A model generated the notes under the pieces. The model was not told the DNA's origin and did not search any database. It worked only from the letters and a program-made list of their open reading frames with translations. A program made the translations under genes and the position numbers. This document shows, piece after piece, positions 39,019 through 52,719 of a DNA stretch of 64,000 nt (positions within the stretch are counted from its first letter, which is position 1; each line of letters starts with the position of its first letter). The stretch is taken from positions 49,600,001-49,664,000 of the forward strand of contig NC_134477.1 of NCBI RefSeq assembly GCF_964194025.1, read 5' to 3'. Origin of the DNA: Convolutriloba macropyga (taxonomy: Eukaryota).

Positions 39019-41335
39019 TTTGTGATTTTTTTTGCTGAGAACAACTTTGTGATTTTTTCTGTTAGAATATTTCTCCTAGTTGAAACGTTGGGTTGAATTG
39101 GAAGATATCACTGCAATTAAATTCTAAGTTTTTTACCGATATAATTAATTAGCGTTTTTGTATCAAAAACTGCTTTATTTATTCTTATTCTAGCTTTCAG
39201 AATAATTCTTTAGTTGTCATTTCAAGGACAATTGAAAATAATTTTTGCGAATATTTTGCATTATAAATTTATCATTTTCTTAATGCTTGTATTTCTGCAT
39301 TTATGAAGTCTTCTCTATGTTAAATTCTGGCCCAAAAGGTTGTCCGCAGCAAATGCAACTATAAGGTTCCTGAAATTTAACCAAACTATCTTTGAAAGTT
39401 TTGGAAAGACACGAGAATTGATCTGCTACTTGAAATTAAGGCATGGTTCCTCATTTGTCAAATAAATCTTAATACGAGGATAAAAGGAAGTGTGTCAGAT
39501 TTTTTCTGTTGCAGACATTTTAAAAGAATTCAAAACTTTTTTGCGAGTTTTTTTCATAATTAATCAGATTTATTAATCTTTTAGTTCAGGAATTCTCTAA
39601 GTTTTTGGCTCTTCTCTAAATTATAAACTCAAAAAGTTCATTTTTTTTCGAAAAATGATGCTCGCATTGTAACCAACTAAAAAATATCTAACATAATTAA
39701 ATTACTTTTGAAAGGTTTTGAAAAACATGACACATGATCACCTACTTGAAAAAGAGAAAGTTTCCCCAATTCTCAAGCAATTCCTTTACCAAGAAGAAAA
39801 ATTGCATATCTTGAAACCGAAGTGTTTTTCCCGCTGTACTCTTTTAATTTTTGAATGCGCTTCAGCTGTTTATGGATAATAGACATTTTACAGGCTCAAA
39901 ACGTTTTTCACAGTTACTTTGTGCAAATTTTGTATTTCGTGAAATTAGAGTTGCTCAAAAATTGAGGAAATATTAATTGCATAAAACACCTCTGTATTTG
40001 TAAGAATCGCCAAACTTGTCCACGGTATTGGTTTAATGACATCCACGGTATTGAAAAACTCTTTTCACGCATGAAATTTTACCGGAAATGAAAGAAAAAA
40101 TTTTGTTGTTTTTGCTCCAGACGCTTGATTTTTTCCTGCTATAAATATCCTCTGAGTAAAAGAATTACAATCTTATCGCCAAAACAAGATATTTATATTC
40201 CTAGTTCTCGGCATAATTGCTTAATTATCGTGTCTCTGCTTAATTATCGTGTCTGCTGGCCAATCAGGAAAACAATTGTGGTCTCAATTCTGAAAACAAT
40301 ATTTTTGTTGCTCAGGAAATCATCTCCCTTCGTTTCCAATACTTTTTGGAGCAACGACAAGATTAAGTTATTTTTTAAAATTTCTTGTTTTTAGTTTTCA
40401 AATTCAAAATCTACATCTGCACTCAGCTTTTACAAAATTGAACACATCTCAGTCATTCTATTTTTTTAAATTTGCAGTACACTGTTTAAAATTATAATAA
40501 TTTATAAGTACACTGTTTAAAATAATAATTTGAAGTACTCGCTCAGACTGAGTTCATTCAGTCACTTTGCGCGATCAAAAAAAAATTTAAAAACCTTGAT
40601 CAGACTGGTCTCAAAATATTTTATGTATTCAGACAAAACAAGATGAACTAAAAACAGCTATAAATTTATGCCAGATTAAGCATCGAAAAAAATTTTGGAA
40701 CACCCATCTTTAAAGAAATCATCAGCTTTTGTTGTTTTTGTTATTGATACCACCTCCACATCTCCAAAAAAAATTGGCGAAAAAAAATTGAAAAGAAGAA
40801 AAAAATTGAAAACGAGAGGTTTTCTCTTGCAGTGTTTTGCATATTTTGCTCAATTTTGGCTACGGTTTTCTTTTTGGCTGCGGTTATTCAATTATTTGCA
40901 TTTTGCTAAAATTATGGTTGTGCTTTTCTTTCAAATGATTTGAAGGTGTCAACCGTATGTATCCAACTAAACATCAAATGGCACGTTTTTGTAAGTTGGG
41001 GTTTTGGAGCTTTACGAAATTACTCGCAATCCTTTTTTCTCATTTTGATGCCTTGTTAGTATTCCTCACAATAATAAGTTCTAAGGCATGCCGTTAAAAC
41101 AGTACTGAAAATTATAATAGCTTTGTCTCGGATAATTTTAACGGATAAATCTGTACCACGATTTTGATCGCAATTTTGTTCACATCATTCTCCAACAAAG
41201 TTCTACGTTATTGATTGTGTGATTTAGTTATTACTTGAGACGCATTTCAGCAAAATAATTTTTCCAAAAGCCGGGGTCTAGATAGTTGCAGAACTGATAA
41301 GCGCTTTAGCATTCTTCTAATACTGATGCGAAGTA

Positions 41336-41454
41336 ATGGTTACGTGACTCTGCTTGAAGTCACTGAGAACTTCTGGCGTTTATCGAGAACCGCGAAGCGA
41401 TTCGAGATATTAAGTCAGAATTTCAAAGTGACTTCTGCAGAGTCACTTAACCAT
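41336..41454. repeat. ~120-bp imperfect palindrome centred on CGCGAAGCG
   Basis: ATGGTTACGTGACTCTGC..GAAGTCACT ... AGTGACTTC.GCAGAGTCACTTAACCAT. Confidence 0.85.
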
Positions 41455-43214
41455 GCTTAGAACACGAAACGCGCACGCTTTAAAATCACGAAAGTTGAAG
41501 AAATTCAACTTCTGGCTAAGTAGCAACTTCTGGCATTTTGACTTCTGGCACTGCAGACTTTCGGCATTTTAAAATGTGCCCGTGAGTGTTTTAAGGACAC
41601 TTATTTTAAGGACACTCGATTACTATTTCTTTTATTTTGGTTTAATTGGCACGTGATCCAAATGAGATACTGTAACCAAGGGCGACTTTGAAAGTTTGTA
41701 CAGCAGTGACCAGTGAACGTGGATAATGGTTAAATATTTTGTCATCGGTTTTCATAGTTGCTCTAAAAGTGCGCCCTAAATAAAATTGTGGGATATTTTC
41801 TATTCTTAAGCAAAGAAAAATTTATGTTTGTTGTCTCAACGGTTACTGTCGTTCCTACAACTTTATAACTATACTGTATAGTCCACACTATAAACTAACT
41901 CAACGGGCTTATATTACTTACATGATCAGCTTACTAGTTTGTCTATTTGAGTTAAAATTAGTTGGTTAATAAAGGTTTGTATTGTAAATGAAATCTAAAC
42001 CTCTTTGCAATTCATTTATTAGTAAAAAAGTGTGAAAAAATTAAAAAGTTTTGGCGTTTTTTCTAATCTGGAAGCTGATGCTCAGTGGAAGCTAACGAGG
42101 CAATCCATTGGTTTAATTGAAATTTAAATATCCAATGTGCCTGCTCCAAACATCATCTCTTTCAGTAACGGAGTGATCAAAAGGGCACAATAATTATTCA
42201 AAGTTGTGAACTTTACTTTTTTTGAAACTTTTTTTGAAACTTTACTAGTTTTTGAAACATTACTTACTAAATAGCTTTTAGGTGAATTTTTCCATTGTTT
42301 TCGTCATTGATTTTTGCAACATGTTAATAAAAGCATATTTGAAAGGGGAAACTAATTAAATAAGAGATCCTCTAACATTTCATTGCGCCTTTAAAACACT
42401 TATTGCTGGTAAACACTTGTTCACATTCCTGCTATTGAGAAATTTTGTCGATATCTCTACTTAACAAGGAAATTTGCCAAAACAATTCATAGGCCAAATG
42501 AACTAGGCCAGAAGCCGTTTTTAGTTTAAAAGCCTTATTTATTATGTAATGAATGTGTTTGTGGATGCCCTATTCTTACTCGTTTTCTTCTGCCTGAGCA
42601 TACTGAAAAAACAGTGCCAAATTCTGACGCCTAAATAAAATCAATTGATTGATAGGTGACACCGAGACCCGTTGCTTCGATTCCCAAAAATTTTGACAAG
42701 GTAGTATTTAAGACTTGGCAACGCGGAGGAAGTCTTGTCAGGAATCTTTAAAATTTTCCGAAGAAATGCAGGTTGTGGTGGCAAATATGTGCAAGTTCTC
42801 ACTCTTCTCAGTGGGAAAATAGAGAACCGTAAGAATCGGAGGCAGAAAATATGAAAGGTGCCGCAAAAAATTTTATTAAAAAATTTTGATGCTGTAAAAG
42901 TTCTCAGTATTAAAAGAGGGTGCAAAGTTTAACCCTAAAAAGGGCCGATTTAAACGGATACGGATATCCTAGCTGAAAATAGTCGCCCCACATTAATTGA
43001 GAGATTTTTTTCAATAAAGTTTTCTTGGCGAGAAATTCAAAAAATGAAAATAAAAGGTTTTTAAACATGATTAATGGGTAATACAGCTGTGGTTTAGATT
43101 ACATTCACATTATAAATTTCTATTAAACAACTAATTATGGGTCAAAACGCAAAAAAAGTAAATGGTTTCATTTTAAATTGATTTCAATATTTTTGAAATC
43201 TTTCATTTAACACT

Positions 43215-43528
43215 TCAATTTACATGTGTTTTCGCCTTTCGAAATGTACAGCACATCACCAACACAATAATGATATACAGCAACAGCACAAAGATTATGA
43301 GCAGCGATGTGAGCAATATTAATATAACTTTTTTATTGATCTCATTGCCGAAATCTGGTTTTTCGGACGGCATCGGTTCATCCGTTGTTGTCATTGTTGC
43401 CGTTGTAATTGGATTTTCATCAGCCTCGATGTCTCGTCCAGCAATCATATCAGTAATCCACTTGTGAATATCCTTATTTTGAACATTGATTGCATATAAG
43501 TCGTTGCCTTTCACTTCAAGCACGATTC
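43215..43528 (-). CDS. Gene C exon 5: end of S1 domain, Thr-rich stalk, TM helix, short Cys-Cys/basic cytoplasmic tail
   Basis: Acceptor ATGACAG|GA (phase 1). GIVLEVKGNDLYAINVQNKDIHKWIT..TTATMTTT..VILILLTSLLIIFVLLLYIIIVLVMCCTFRKAKTHVN*. Confidence 0.88.
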
Positions 43529-46500
43529 CTGTCATTTTGTTATTTTGAACTGTTTTTCCTTTTAACCTACCCAGGTCCAAGTTCCAGACCCAAATCAATT
43601 CTAATCAGACGAGCATTGCCCTCTTCTTATCAAACATAATTCAATACATGTTTGAGTTTTTTTGAACTCGTATAACACGTTTTTGAATATCTTATTTTAT
43701 CTTGTAATTCTGGCATGGACTGTACGAATTCAAATTCTGTGAGCTATTACTTGATTAATATTATAGTGAACCCCGATGTTACTAAAATAACTGAAAAAAT
43801 AAAAGATTGCAAAAGCTTGCAATTTCATAGATAGCATTTTCCATGGGGTTTAATTCGTTATATACATTATGTTACCAAAAATCTACGTACATCTAGAAAA
43901 TTTTCAGAACGCGCCATAAACATCAAATAATACAATTTGAGTATAAATCAGTTCTCTAGTGACCATTCATTAGGCTTTTAGCTTCTTTAACATCTTTTAG
44001 AAGAGTTTTTTTTAAAGCAAGTTTCTAACGACATCTGAGTTGAGCTTCCAAAATTTTATTATTCAAATTTTTTCAATTAACGTTCTGTTTTTGTTATCGC
44101 TGCTTCAAAAATGTCCATAAATTGACACATGGATTCAAATCGAAACTCACTGTTGACCATTTTAGCACATTCCACTCGTTATCTTTGAAGAAATTGGTGA
44201 CAAATTTTGATTTATGCAGGGGCATCATACAGGGGCATCATATTGATGAAACATAAGGAGAAACAATAATTGAAATTTGGTTTAAAATTCCTATTTGTTA
44301 CGCCTTTCTTCAAGCTTTAGCGCAAATCAAACGTTTTGACAATAAGTAATGCTTAACGAAAACAAATAAAGATGCACGTAGCTTTTAGGTAAAATAGTGT
44401 ATTATCGACAATTGCAAAATGTTGAATCGCTTCTCAAACCCCGAATTGTAGTTGTAATCATAATTTTTATCTTTCAGTGGACAAAAACCATACGGCCTCA
44501 GTCCCAAAAGATGGTGATTTTTGAAAGATAAATTCTCTTTGAGATTAGAAATCTTTGAGATTTTTGAATTTAGAGTCATCTTTGATATTCAAAATTCTGC
44601 GCAAAATTTTACAAAATTTTACGGCTTCCAATATTTTTTTCACTATACCAGAGCCAACTATGGACCTATGTCAAAGAAAAACGTGAAATACATACAATTG
44701 GGTGTTCAATGACTTTATCCTGCAATTATGCCTCGTTGTAAAAGTCTCTATTTTTCCACTTTTGATCATATCAATGTAAAAAACAGCATATCTAAGATCT
44801 GTTTACAACGGAAGATTTCTGAAAAGTGAAGAAGGACTACCGCAGTTTTGCCGTATTTTCACAATTGCTTCATCTGGTAAAAATGAACACATTTTAGAAA
44901 ACACATTGGTTCCGCTTGTTAACGAATGAAAACAGCAGCAAAACTGTTTTTCTGCGAAAGAAGCCGCCCAAACTCATCGAAAATTCAAACCACAGATGCA
45001 TTAGCAGAGTTTCAACCCTTTATTTGTTGGATATGAACAAAATTTTGGAAGAAGAATTTTATCGACAGTGTTCAATTTTATTTAGCCAAGCTAGAACAAA
45101 GCTGATGCACGCTTTGCGTTTACTCCCTATACCCTAACCCTCCGGGGAAATCCAATAATCAAAGAATTAACTGAAAAAAGTTGCCTTTTTAAAACTGGCA
45201 CAAAACTCAATTCAATTCCAGGAAAATTAGGAAATCAAAAACTATATTTAAAAGACTCTTCTTTTAGGATAAAAGATTTTCTCATGTTTGAAAGTTTACA
45301 ATGTGCATGTTTACAATTTTATTCTCTTTAATTATGATAATCAACAATTGGCATTGAAATCCAACAATTGCATATCTTTAAAACGGGAGATATAAATTTT
45401 TATGCGTGAAAAAAGCAACATCAATGCTATATGGATCCCTATTTTTCGTAGGGCCAGCGATCAGATTTAAATTTCAAATTTATGTAAGATGAACACTAAA
45501 TGAAACTCTATATTATTGTACGAACAACGCCCAGAATTAATAGTTAAAATTTTGAATTTTCTACTTTAAATGCCAATTTTATGTAAGATCTTCGATAATA
45601 AAAGCCAAAAATGTGCTCGATTCATGCTTAGAAACTCTAAAATTACTTTAAGATCTGCTCTTGGAAAAAAAATCAACAATTAGAAACGGTGATGTTTTCT
45701 ATTCAGCGCGTTTATTGTAGATCTTAAATAATTTCAACGCATTCGCCGCCAATTTGGCATACTCTTGAGTTTTTAGGCGATGACACCTCTTTCCGGGAAG
45801 CTAGAAAACTAATGTGGAACCCCCTATCACAGAATAAATACAGCGGCAATTGTCATTGCTGAGCAATAAAATACTCATAGTCTAGACCTGGATTTATGAA
45901 AGACCTCTTATTTCTAGGTGGGGGTTAACTGTTGAATTAAAATACGCGGTTAAGGACCCTAGTTAAAGTTGACGCTAGTTATGTTTTATAACTCCAGCCA
46001 ATTTGTCTCCAAGGGTCAATTAAAAGTCTTTTTGAGGCGTTTTGAGTCAAGCAAAGTGTTCTCATTGTTATACTGGGTCCTGCGTAGTTATATGGGTCGA
46101 GCAAAAGTCTTTTCTCAAGTCATTTTTTTGACAACAGAAAACTGCCTAACGACCTGAGAATTTTTGCGATTCTTAAGATAAAGCAATTTTTGCAACTGGA
46201 CTCTTGCCACAATAGTTGATTGAATGAAAGTAGGTTGATTTAATTCATGCTTACTACATTATAAGCAACAGTTACCAAAAAATTGCTCGTAAAATATTAA
46301 TTGTTCCAGGGCACGTTTTTCTGTCCAGCCTAATTCCAGGACACGTTTTTGCTGTCCAGCCAAATTACAGGACAGGTATTTTGTCTTGTCAAATTTCAGG
46401 ACATCACGCAAAATCCAGACAAAAATCTGTTGAGGGCAGTCTTTTCATGCCTTAAATTTGTCGAGAACGGTCTTTTAATAGTTCCAGCTCTAGTAGACTA

Positions 46501-48018
46501 GACTGAGCTCTAAAGAAGATCAGCACGAAATATTTAACAACCGTTAAGACCCTAAGTAAAAATGATGGGCTTCATGAGGACTTGGGGAAAAACATTGGTA
46601 TCAGTTATTTAGTATTGTTGTTTTTTTGGATAGTTCAGAACCTCTCTTGTATAGTTTCTAATACTAACACAATTTATCCAATGAATGTATTTATCTGAAT
46701 TCATCCTCAATCTTATTCGCGATCCAATTTATACTCGGCACTGAAACTGAATGTAGCGTCACCCCAAAGTTAGTATTAGAGACTATCCAAAATAGGTTGG
46801 TTCTCAAACATCTAAAGAAAAACATACTAACTGATTGATATCAATTCTATGTTTCACGTAGTGCAATGTTTGCAATGTAAATTGTATGTTAAAATTCTTC
46901 ATTCCATTGCATGTTTTGTTGTAAAAACATCTGTTTTTACGAGCTGATATTCATATAATTCCCTCTCCAGTTTTAGTTTAAAGATTTTATTAAAAACAAT
47001 CATTTATCAATAATTTTATTGAATACCCATTTAATTTTTTTACAGACCCCAACGTTACAATCTTTCAAGTGTTGTAGATTGAATAGTTCCAGAAAGCGAT
47101 GGGCTCCCACATGAAAAGCTCAGTTCTAAATTATTTTAAAACAAGTTATATAGAGGGTTTCTGAAAAAAATATAATGGCCCATACATTGCTGAATGAAAG
47201 ATGGAAAAAATTCGCTATATTGTAAAAACAACCGAAAAAAAAACAACTCGACTTGAGCGCAGGTTGAGGTTCCGTAATTAACTACATTATGTCTGAACAG
47301 GCCCCTTTCAAAAAGAGAAAGAGGTCAGTTAAAAGAAATTTCCTCACTAGAGTTGCATAAAAAAGTGCTAATAACTGGAAATTTTAAAAAAGATTTTCCC
47401 CTTCTTTTCCCCCAATGAATGATAATAAAGGGTAGTCTATTTATTCGTCCTTAATGCTACGTTTATTTTACCAACGGACAGTTGCATCTAAACCCGCATC
47501 TGCCTGAAACGAGGTCTGATGAAATGTCACTTTGATCTAAGATGGAGCAACCATAATTCAATTTGGTCTGGGACCTCCATCTAAGAGCTTCTGGTTTACA
47601 TTATAAAATGCTTTTATAAATCAAAGAAGAGAAGAAAAGCAATTCAAGATACAGAATTGTTTCCTCCCTCTGTGAAAAAGCTTTGTTTTTGTGTTTTTGT
47701 GACCATTTGTGAAAAATAAACGAATGCGTCTTTTTCACGTATATTTCTATGAAGAGGTGGAAGAAGCCACTACAATAAAAAATATGTCGCTATAAAGGTA
47801 TGCGAAAGTATTAACTATAACTATAGGTGAATTTCCATGTTTCAACCTTGCCCCTTTCAACCCCCCCCCCCCCCCCCGGTGTGGTAAACGATAATGGGGG
47901 TGTGAAGGCAATAATTTTTTAATGAGGTGGGGGGAGCCATAAGGAGGCAGGCCCTATAATAGATGGTCAAGTTCAAAACGGCAAGAAAAGGGGAAGGAGG
48001 AAACATTTCCTTATGTAC

Positions 48019-48235
48019 CCATCAAACAGTGAGAAGTAGTCCCGTTAGAATTTTTCACGATCTTCACCACAGGCGATCCTTCCGCTTTCTGTGACTGTAT
48101 TTGCCATCTCATGTCATTTTCAAAACAAAGCAGCTTGGCGCTTTTGTGGACGCACTTTGAACTCAGTTTAAGTTCGTGTTTCGAAAAAATTAGCGATAGC
48201 TTTGCATGCGGGTTGTCGTACGCTTGATACACACC
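48019..48235 (-). CDS. Gene C exon 4 (phase 0->1): GDSGGP-equivalent region degenerate (KAEGSPVV)
   Basis: Acceptor CTAACAG|GGT, donor ATGG|GTACAT; 217 nt; homologous to gene A 22166-22391. Confidence 0.88.
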
Positions 48236-49197
48236 CTGTTAGTCGATCATTTTAAGTGTAATTGTACAAATTCCATCATTCTTTCTTACTGTTGTTTCTT
48301 CCTTAACTGTTAAAAGTTCGAAATAGGTTTTACAAAAATTATTGTTTCTGTGACTTTCATTGAAATTTAAATAGGCTGATTTGTATTGTAATAAATTTAT
48401 TACAATTTGTGTAATAAATTAATAAATGGAACACTCGTCTAGCCTTACTCCCGGAAAAATGAATCATTGACGTTATTAAAATTAACCAGTGGTAAAAAAA
48501 ATTAGCCATAAATGTTAAGCTAATTTATATCATTAAGCCTCCCATTTACTCTTGTGGCCTTCAAACTTTTTTTGAAACATGTAAATTACTTAGATTATAA
48601 CCCTAGGGTTAGATATCTACATGCTCTAAAATGTTAAATAAATTAATCAGCATTGTTATTAATATAATAATATTCAAATTGTGGCTGTTCGTTTTCATAG
48701 GTAAAAATAGGATTTGAAGGCTCCTATTTGTCTATTAACGGGTACTTTCTTGTGTTGATCGAGCAAAAACTCGGTTAAAACATTTTTAAAGCAAGTTTTA
48801 CTGTTAAAAGTTCTTATTGAAGAGGGCAATTTGTTTCATTTTTGAACGCTTTTCAAGATTAACGATTTGTTACTCCACTTCGTTTTCGTTTTCTTTTTCA
48901 TAAAATTTTGATTTGTTCTCTTGTTATGTTCAGCGTTATGGCGACTAGAAAACATTTTAAAATTTTCGGATGCTTCCCATTGTCTTATGTCTGTTTGTAG
49001 CTTCATTAGTGACTATAAGTTTGAAGAAGTCCAATCCTTACATCAAATACCCACATTGACCTTGCATTTACATCTTAGGTTAAATTTTGAGCTCTTACAA
49101 AGTGGAAATTCAGTTTAAGTCTAGCAAATACTCTACCAAATCCATCCAATATCTGGAGGGTTTCGATTAAAATATTGGTTTCAAAGTTTTCACTCCA

Positions 49198-49840
49198 CCC
49201 GTACGGAACGCCAAGTCAATATCAGTACTGGGCAAGTCCAATCACAAGTCTAGGTATCAGTGCTGATTCAAGGCTATATTTATACACGTTTTAGGTTTGT
49301 CAGTCTTCTAAAAGTCTTGGCAAGGAATTGTCAAGGGTTAATCCAAGTCTTGGCCAGGACTTGGCAAGTTCTGATCCTAGACTTCATCAAGACTTGGCAA
49401 GTTCATATCCAATTCTTGGCGGTCAAATATAGCCCAAAAAACACCGATTCACTAAATTTGGCATTTGAAGAATCTGAAAAATTAAAAAAAAATCGGTGAT
49501 TTTGTCTATTTTGAGGCTGTAATTAGGCTGAAAACTGATGAAAATTTCTGGCTTAAAACCCATTAATATGGCCTACTCTGGCCACCCGGGTTGCTTGTTG
49601 ATAGTTTTCATTGGCTGTGGGGCTTTTTCAAAGCACACTGGAGAACTGGCTAAAAATTAAACCCTAAGTCGTTGCACGTTGCAAAATTTTTCGTAATTAA
49701 AAATTCTCACTCGATTTTTTAATGGTTTTGACTTTGGGAATCAACTTGCAAGTAATACGCATCTTGGCCAAGACTTGGAAGACTTGTATAACTTGTATTA
49801 AGACTTGCCCAGTACTGAAAAGGACTTGCCTGTACTGATT
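49198..49840. mobile_element. Foldback/MITE-like element rich in CTTGGCAAG/CAAGTC motifs
   Basis: CAGTACTGGGCAAGTC (~49223) inverted at ~49802 (GACTTGCCCAGTACTG). The same GAACGCCAAGTCAATATCAGTAC start recurs at ~57663. Confidence 0.6.
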
Positions 49841-51054
49841 TAAAATTGTAAAGTATCAAACAATACAACGAGAGCATTGACATAAATAATTCGCTTAGTG
49901 TGCTGAAATTTCAACGAGGTTTTTGAATAGTTTTTCAACAAATTGAGCGGAGAATTGTGAAAAAAATATGCGCTGAACAACACGTTTTTTTTCGTTATAT
50001 GTCGGCGCTAGTTGAATAGTCATCACATTGTTCTTACCAAATTTTCCCAAGTTTTTTTCCGTAAAATCTATTTCCATAAGTTTTGCAAAATCCTTATACA
50101 AAACTCATCACCGCAATTCAATCTCGAAAACCAATCTCTAGAAAAAAAACCTCATCTTCTCTTTCTCGATTGTCAACTTTTCAACTGATCAGGCACAATT
50201 TTGGCTGCATATGAAATAAGAACACATGTATAGCTGTTTGTTATGATTTTTCAACACATTTCTGCCAATCATCCTATAATTTGAGATTTTTTCTTAAAGT
50301 TTTTACACTTTTAGTACATTAAGTTAGCACTTTCCTAACATAATTCCCTCAATTTCAGATCATCTCTTACAAGTTTCTTAGCGCCTCTCTTACATAACTT
50401 GGCCATTTCTCTGACAAAAAAATGAACGCTCTAAATTTTATTTGGTGAATTTTCGCGAGGCTTGCTTTGGAAATGTTTATTTTAACTATTTCTTTTAGAA
50501 GTTTTGACCTAAGTTAAGAAAACGTTGCTGAAACGGTGAAATCTTGATAGAAATTTTAGAAAATATTTGTCAGAAATGTGCCAAAATCGTTTAACTTTGC
50601 CCTGGATTTTGAAAACGAACTGAACTTTTGCTATAATTGTGCGGCGTAAATGTAAGTGACAATCTGAATGTGCTCAATTTTTGCAAAACTAATCTGCTAA
50701 TATATACAAAGTATTGAAGTTATGTAAAAGACGTGCAGGAAATTGTTCTAGTCTTAACATCTTCCTACTCGATCTTGCAATTTTGACATTATTTTGCACG
50801 AATCTTACACGATCCTGCAATTTTAACATCCTTTTGCAAGAATCTTGCAAGATCTTGCGAGTTTAACATCTAGTCTTAACAAGGTTTGGGGGACCAGGAC
50901 GAGTGAAAATAAAGCTTAAATTTGTAATTGGTCTAATGGGAACAAAAACATCAGAAAAAGTTTGCAGTATCATGTTTCAGCTATTTAAAAAATGATAAAT
51001 TTTTCTGTTTAAGTCCGCGAATATTGATGTGCAGGGGGCTGTTAAAATGATCAC

Positions 51055-51247
51055 CTGCTGATTTTCATCGGGGCATATCTCAATCCCGGTGAAGTTGCAT
51101 TCATTTTCATAATCAGACTCTTTGAACATTAGTAATGCCAAATCGTCATCGCGATGAACAACGTTGAAATCGGGTGGATATGGTATGTACTGACCAAACT
51201 GTCTCCTTCGGTAGCTCCTTTCACCGGTCGGTCTCAAACAATAGTAT
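51055..51247 (-). CDS. Gene C exon 3 (phase 2->0): contains the S1 Asp motif DDLALLMF
   Basis: Acceptor TCAATCAG|A, donor CAG|GTGATC; 193 nt. YIPYPPDFN..DDLALLMF..IEICP parallels HPxYN..NDIALLKL..PICLP. Confidence 0.85.
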
Positions 51248-52384
51248 CTGATTGATGTAAAATTCCACGCTAAAATATCATCAGCATGTAGAGCTTGTAT
51301 TCCCAGTAGAACTTGTACAACTGAATTTTACAAAATTTTTGACATTCTAAAGAAATTAAAATTCTAAATTTTTTTTTTGTAAAAATATATTGCTACAGAT
51401 TTTCAACTTTTTGTATCAAGTTTTTGCAATACTTTTCCAACATCTCGAAGAGTGTAAGTTTGCCCCAGTCGAGGTATCATTGCTAAAAAATGCTGAATAA
51501 TCCAAGAATTGTGGTTTTTAGCGCTGATTGCTGTAAAAGCTGTGAATTTAAATTTTTCAAAGCCAGAAAGGTCAAATCTTACAAAAAATATGTGTTGTTA
51601 GATAAAACCTAGTTATATTTTTGTAGCAGCGGTTGTTTTCATCAGTCACATTTTCATTTTTATGGCTCAAATATTAAATTTTCACACCATCATTTTGACA
51701 AAAAATTAACCACGCAAATTTGTCATCGGTGGAGCAGTCTCCAATAATATAAGAGCTGAAGAAAACGTTGGTAGTTCAAACGCGGTTGAAGTACTTATTT
51801 TCTCTAAAGAAGCAAAAATTTAAATGCTCACACAAAGTTTGTCTAACAAAAACTGGTAAATAAAGTTATAATTAACTAAACTTCTTTACAGTACAAGAAA
51901 ATTATTTGCAATGCACAAGAAGGGTGAAGAAACGTGAAGAAACATTCTAATTCAACAGGCTACAATTATATTATTCCTACAATATCTTTTCCATCACTAT
52001 TTAGCTGTCAGTTTTCTTCCCTTCTCGCCAGTTCTTTTTATTATTGTTAGCGTTATATCTGGATAGATTCGAAATGTGAAATTAATGATTCCTCACGTGA
52101 CCGATATCTTGATAATTCTAGCTAATTAGCAACAACAGACCAGATTGAGTTCTTATGATCACATTTGTCTCCATCTAAAAAAAGTGATGTTTGGACTCAA
52201 TAACAGATATTAGTTAGCAATCTAAAAAGCATCGAATCAAAAGCAAAAGTAAAGCATAAAAGGTTGTACAGCTTGGAGGTGCTATAATTTCAATAATTTA
52301 AGTTAAGTGGACTTAGTTCCACTGTAAAAACATTATGCGTAATGAGTAGAAGCAATCTGAACTAAAAAGCTGGAATTACTTAAA

Positions 52385-52719
52385 ACACACCATAATCTTT
52401 TGAGGAGAATAGAAGACGTGATATCTTAAAAGTAAAAATATATTTTTTTGAATAATTTTGCTATGAAAAGGATAACATTTGAAAAATAAAACTGAAATCA
52501 AAACTTTATATTACAAAACTAATCATTTTTCAAAATTACGGTGAAATAAAAAACACAATAATCTTTTGAGGAGAATAGAAGACGTGATATCTTAGAAGTA
52601 AAAATATTTTGTTTTGAATAATTTTGCTATGAAAAGGATAACATTTGAAAAATAAAACTGAAATCAAAACTTTATATTACAAAACTAATCATTTTTCAAA
52701 ATTACGGTGAAATAAAAAA
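52385..52719. repeat. Tandem duplication, 166-bp period
   Basis: ATAATCTTTTGAGGAGAATAGAAGACGTG at 52392 and 52558; near-identical copies. Confidence 0.95.
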
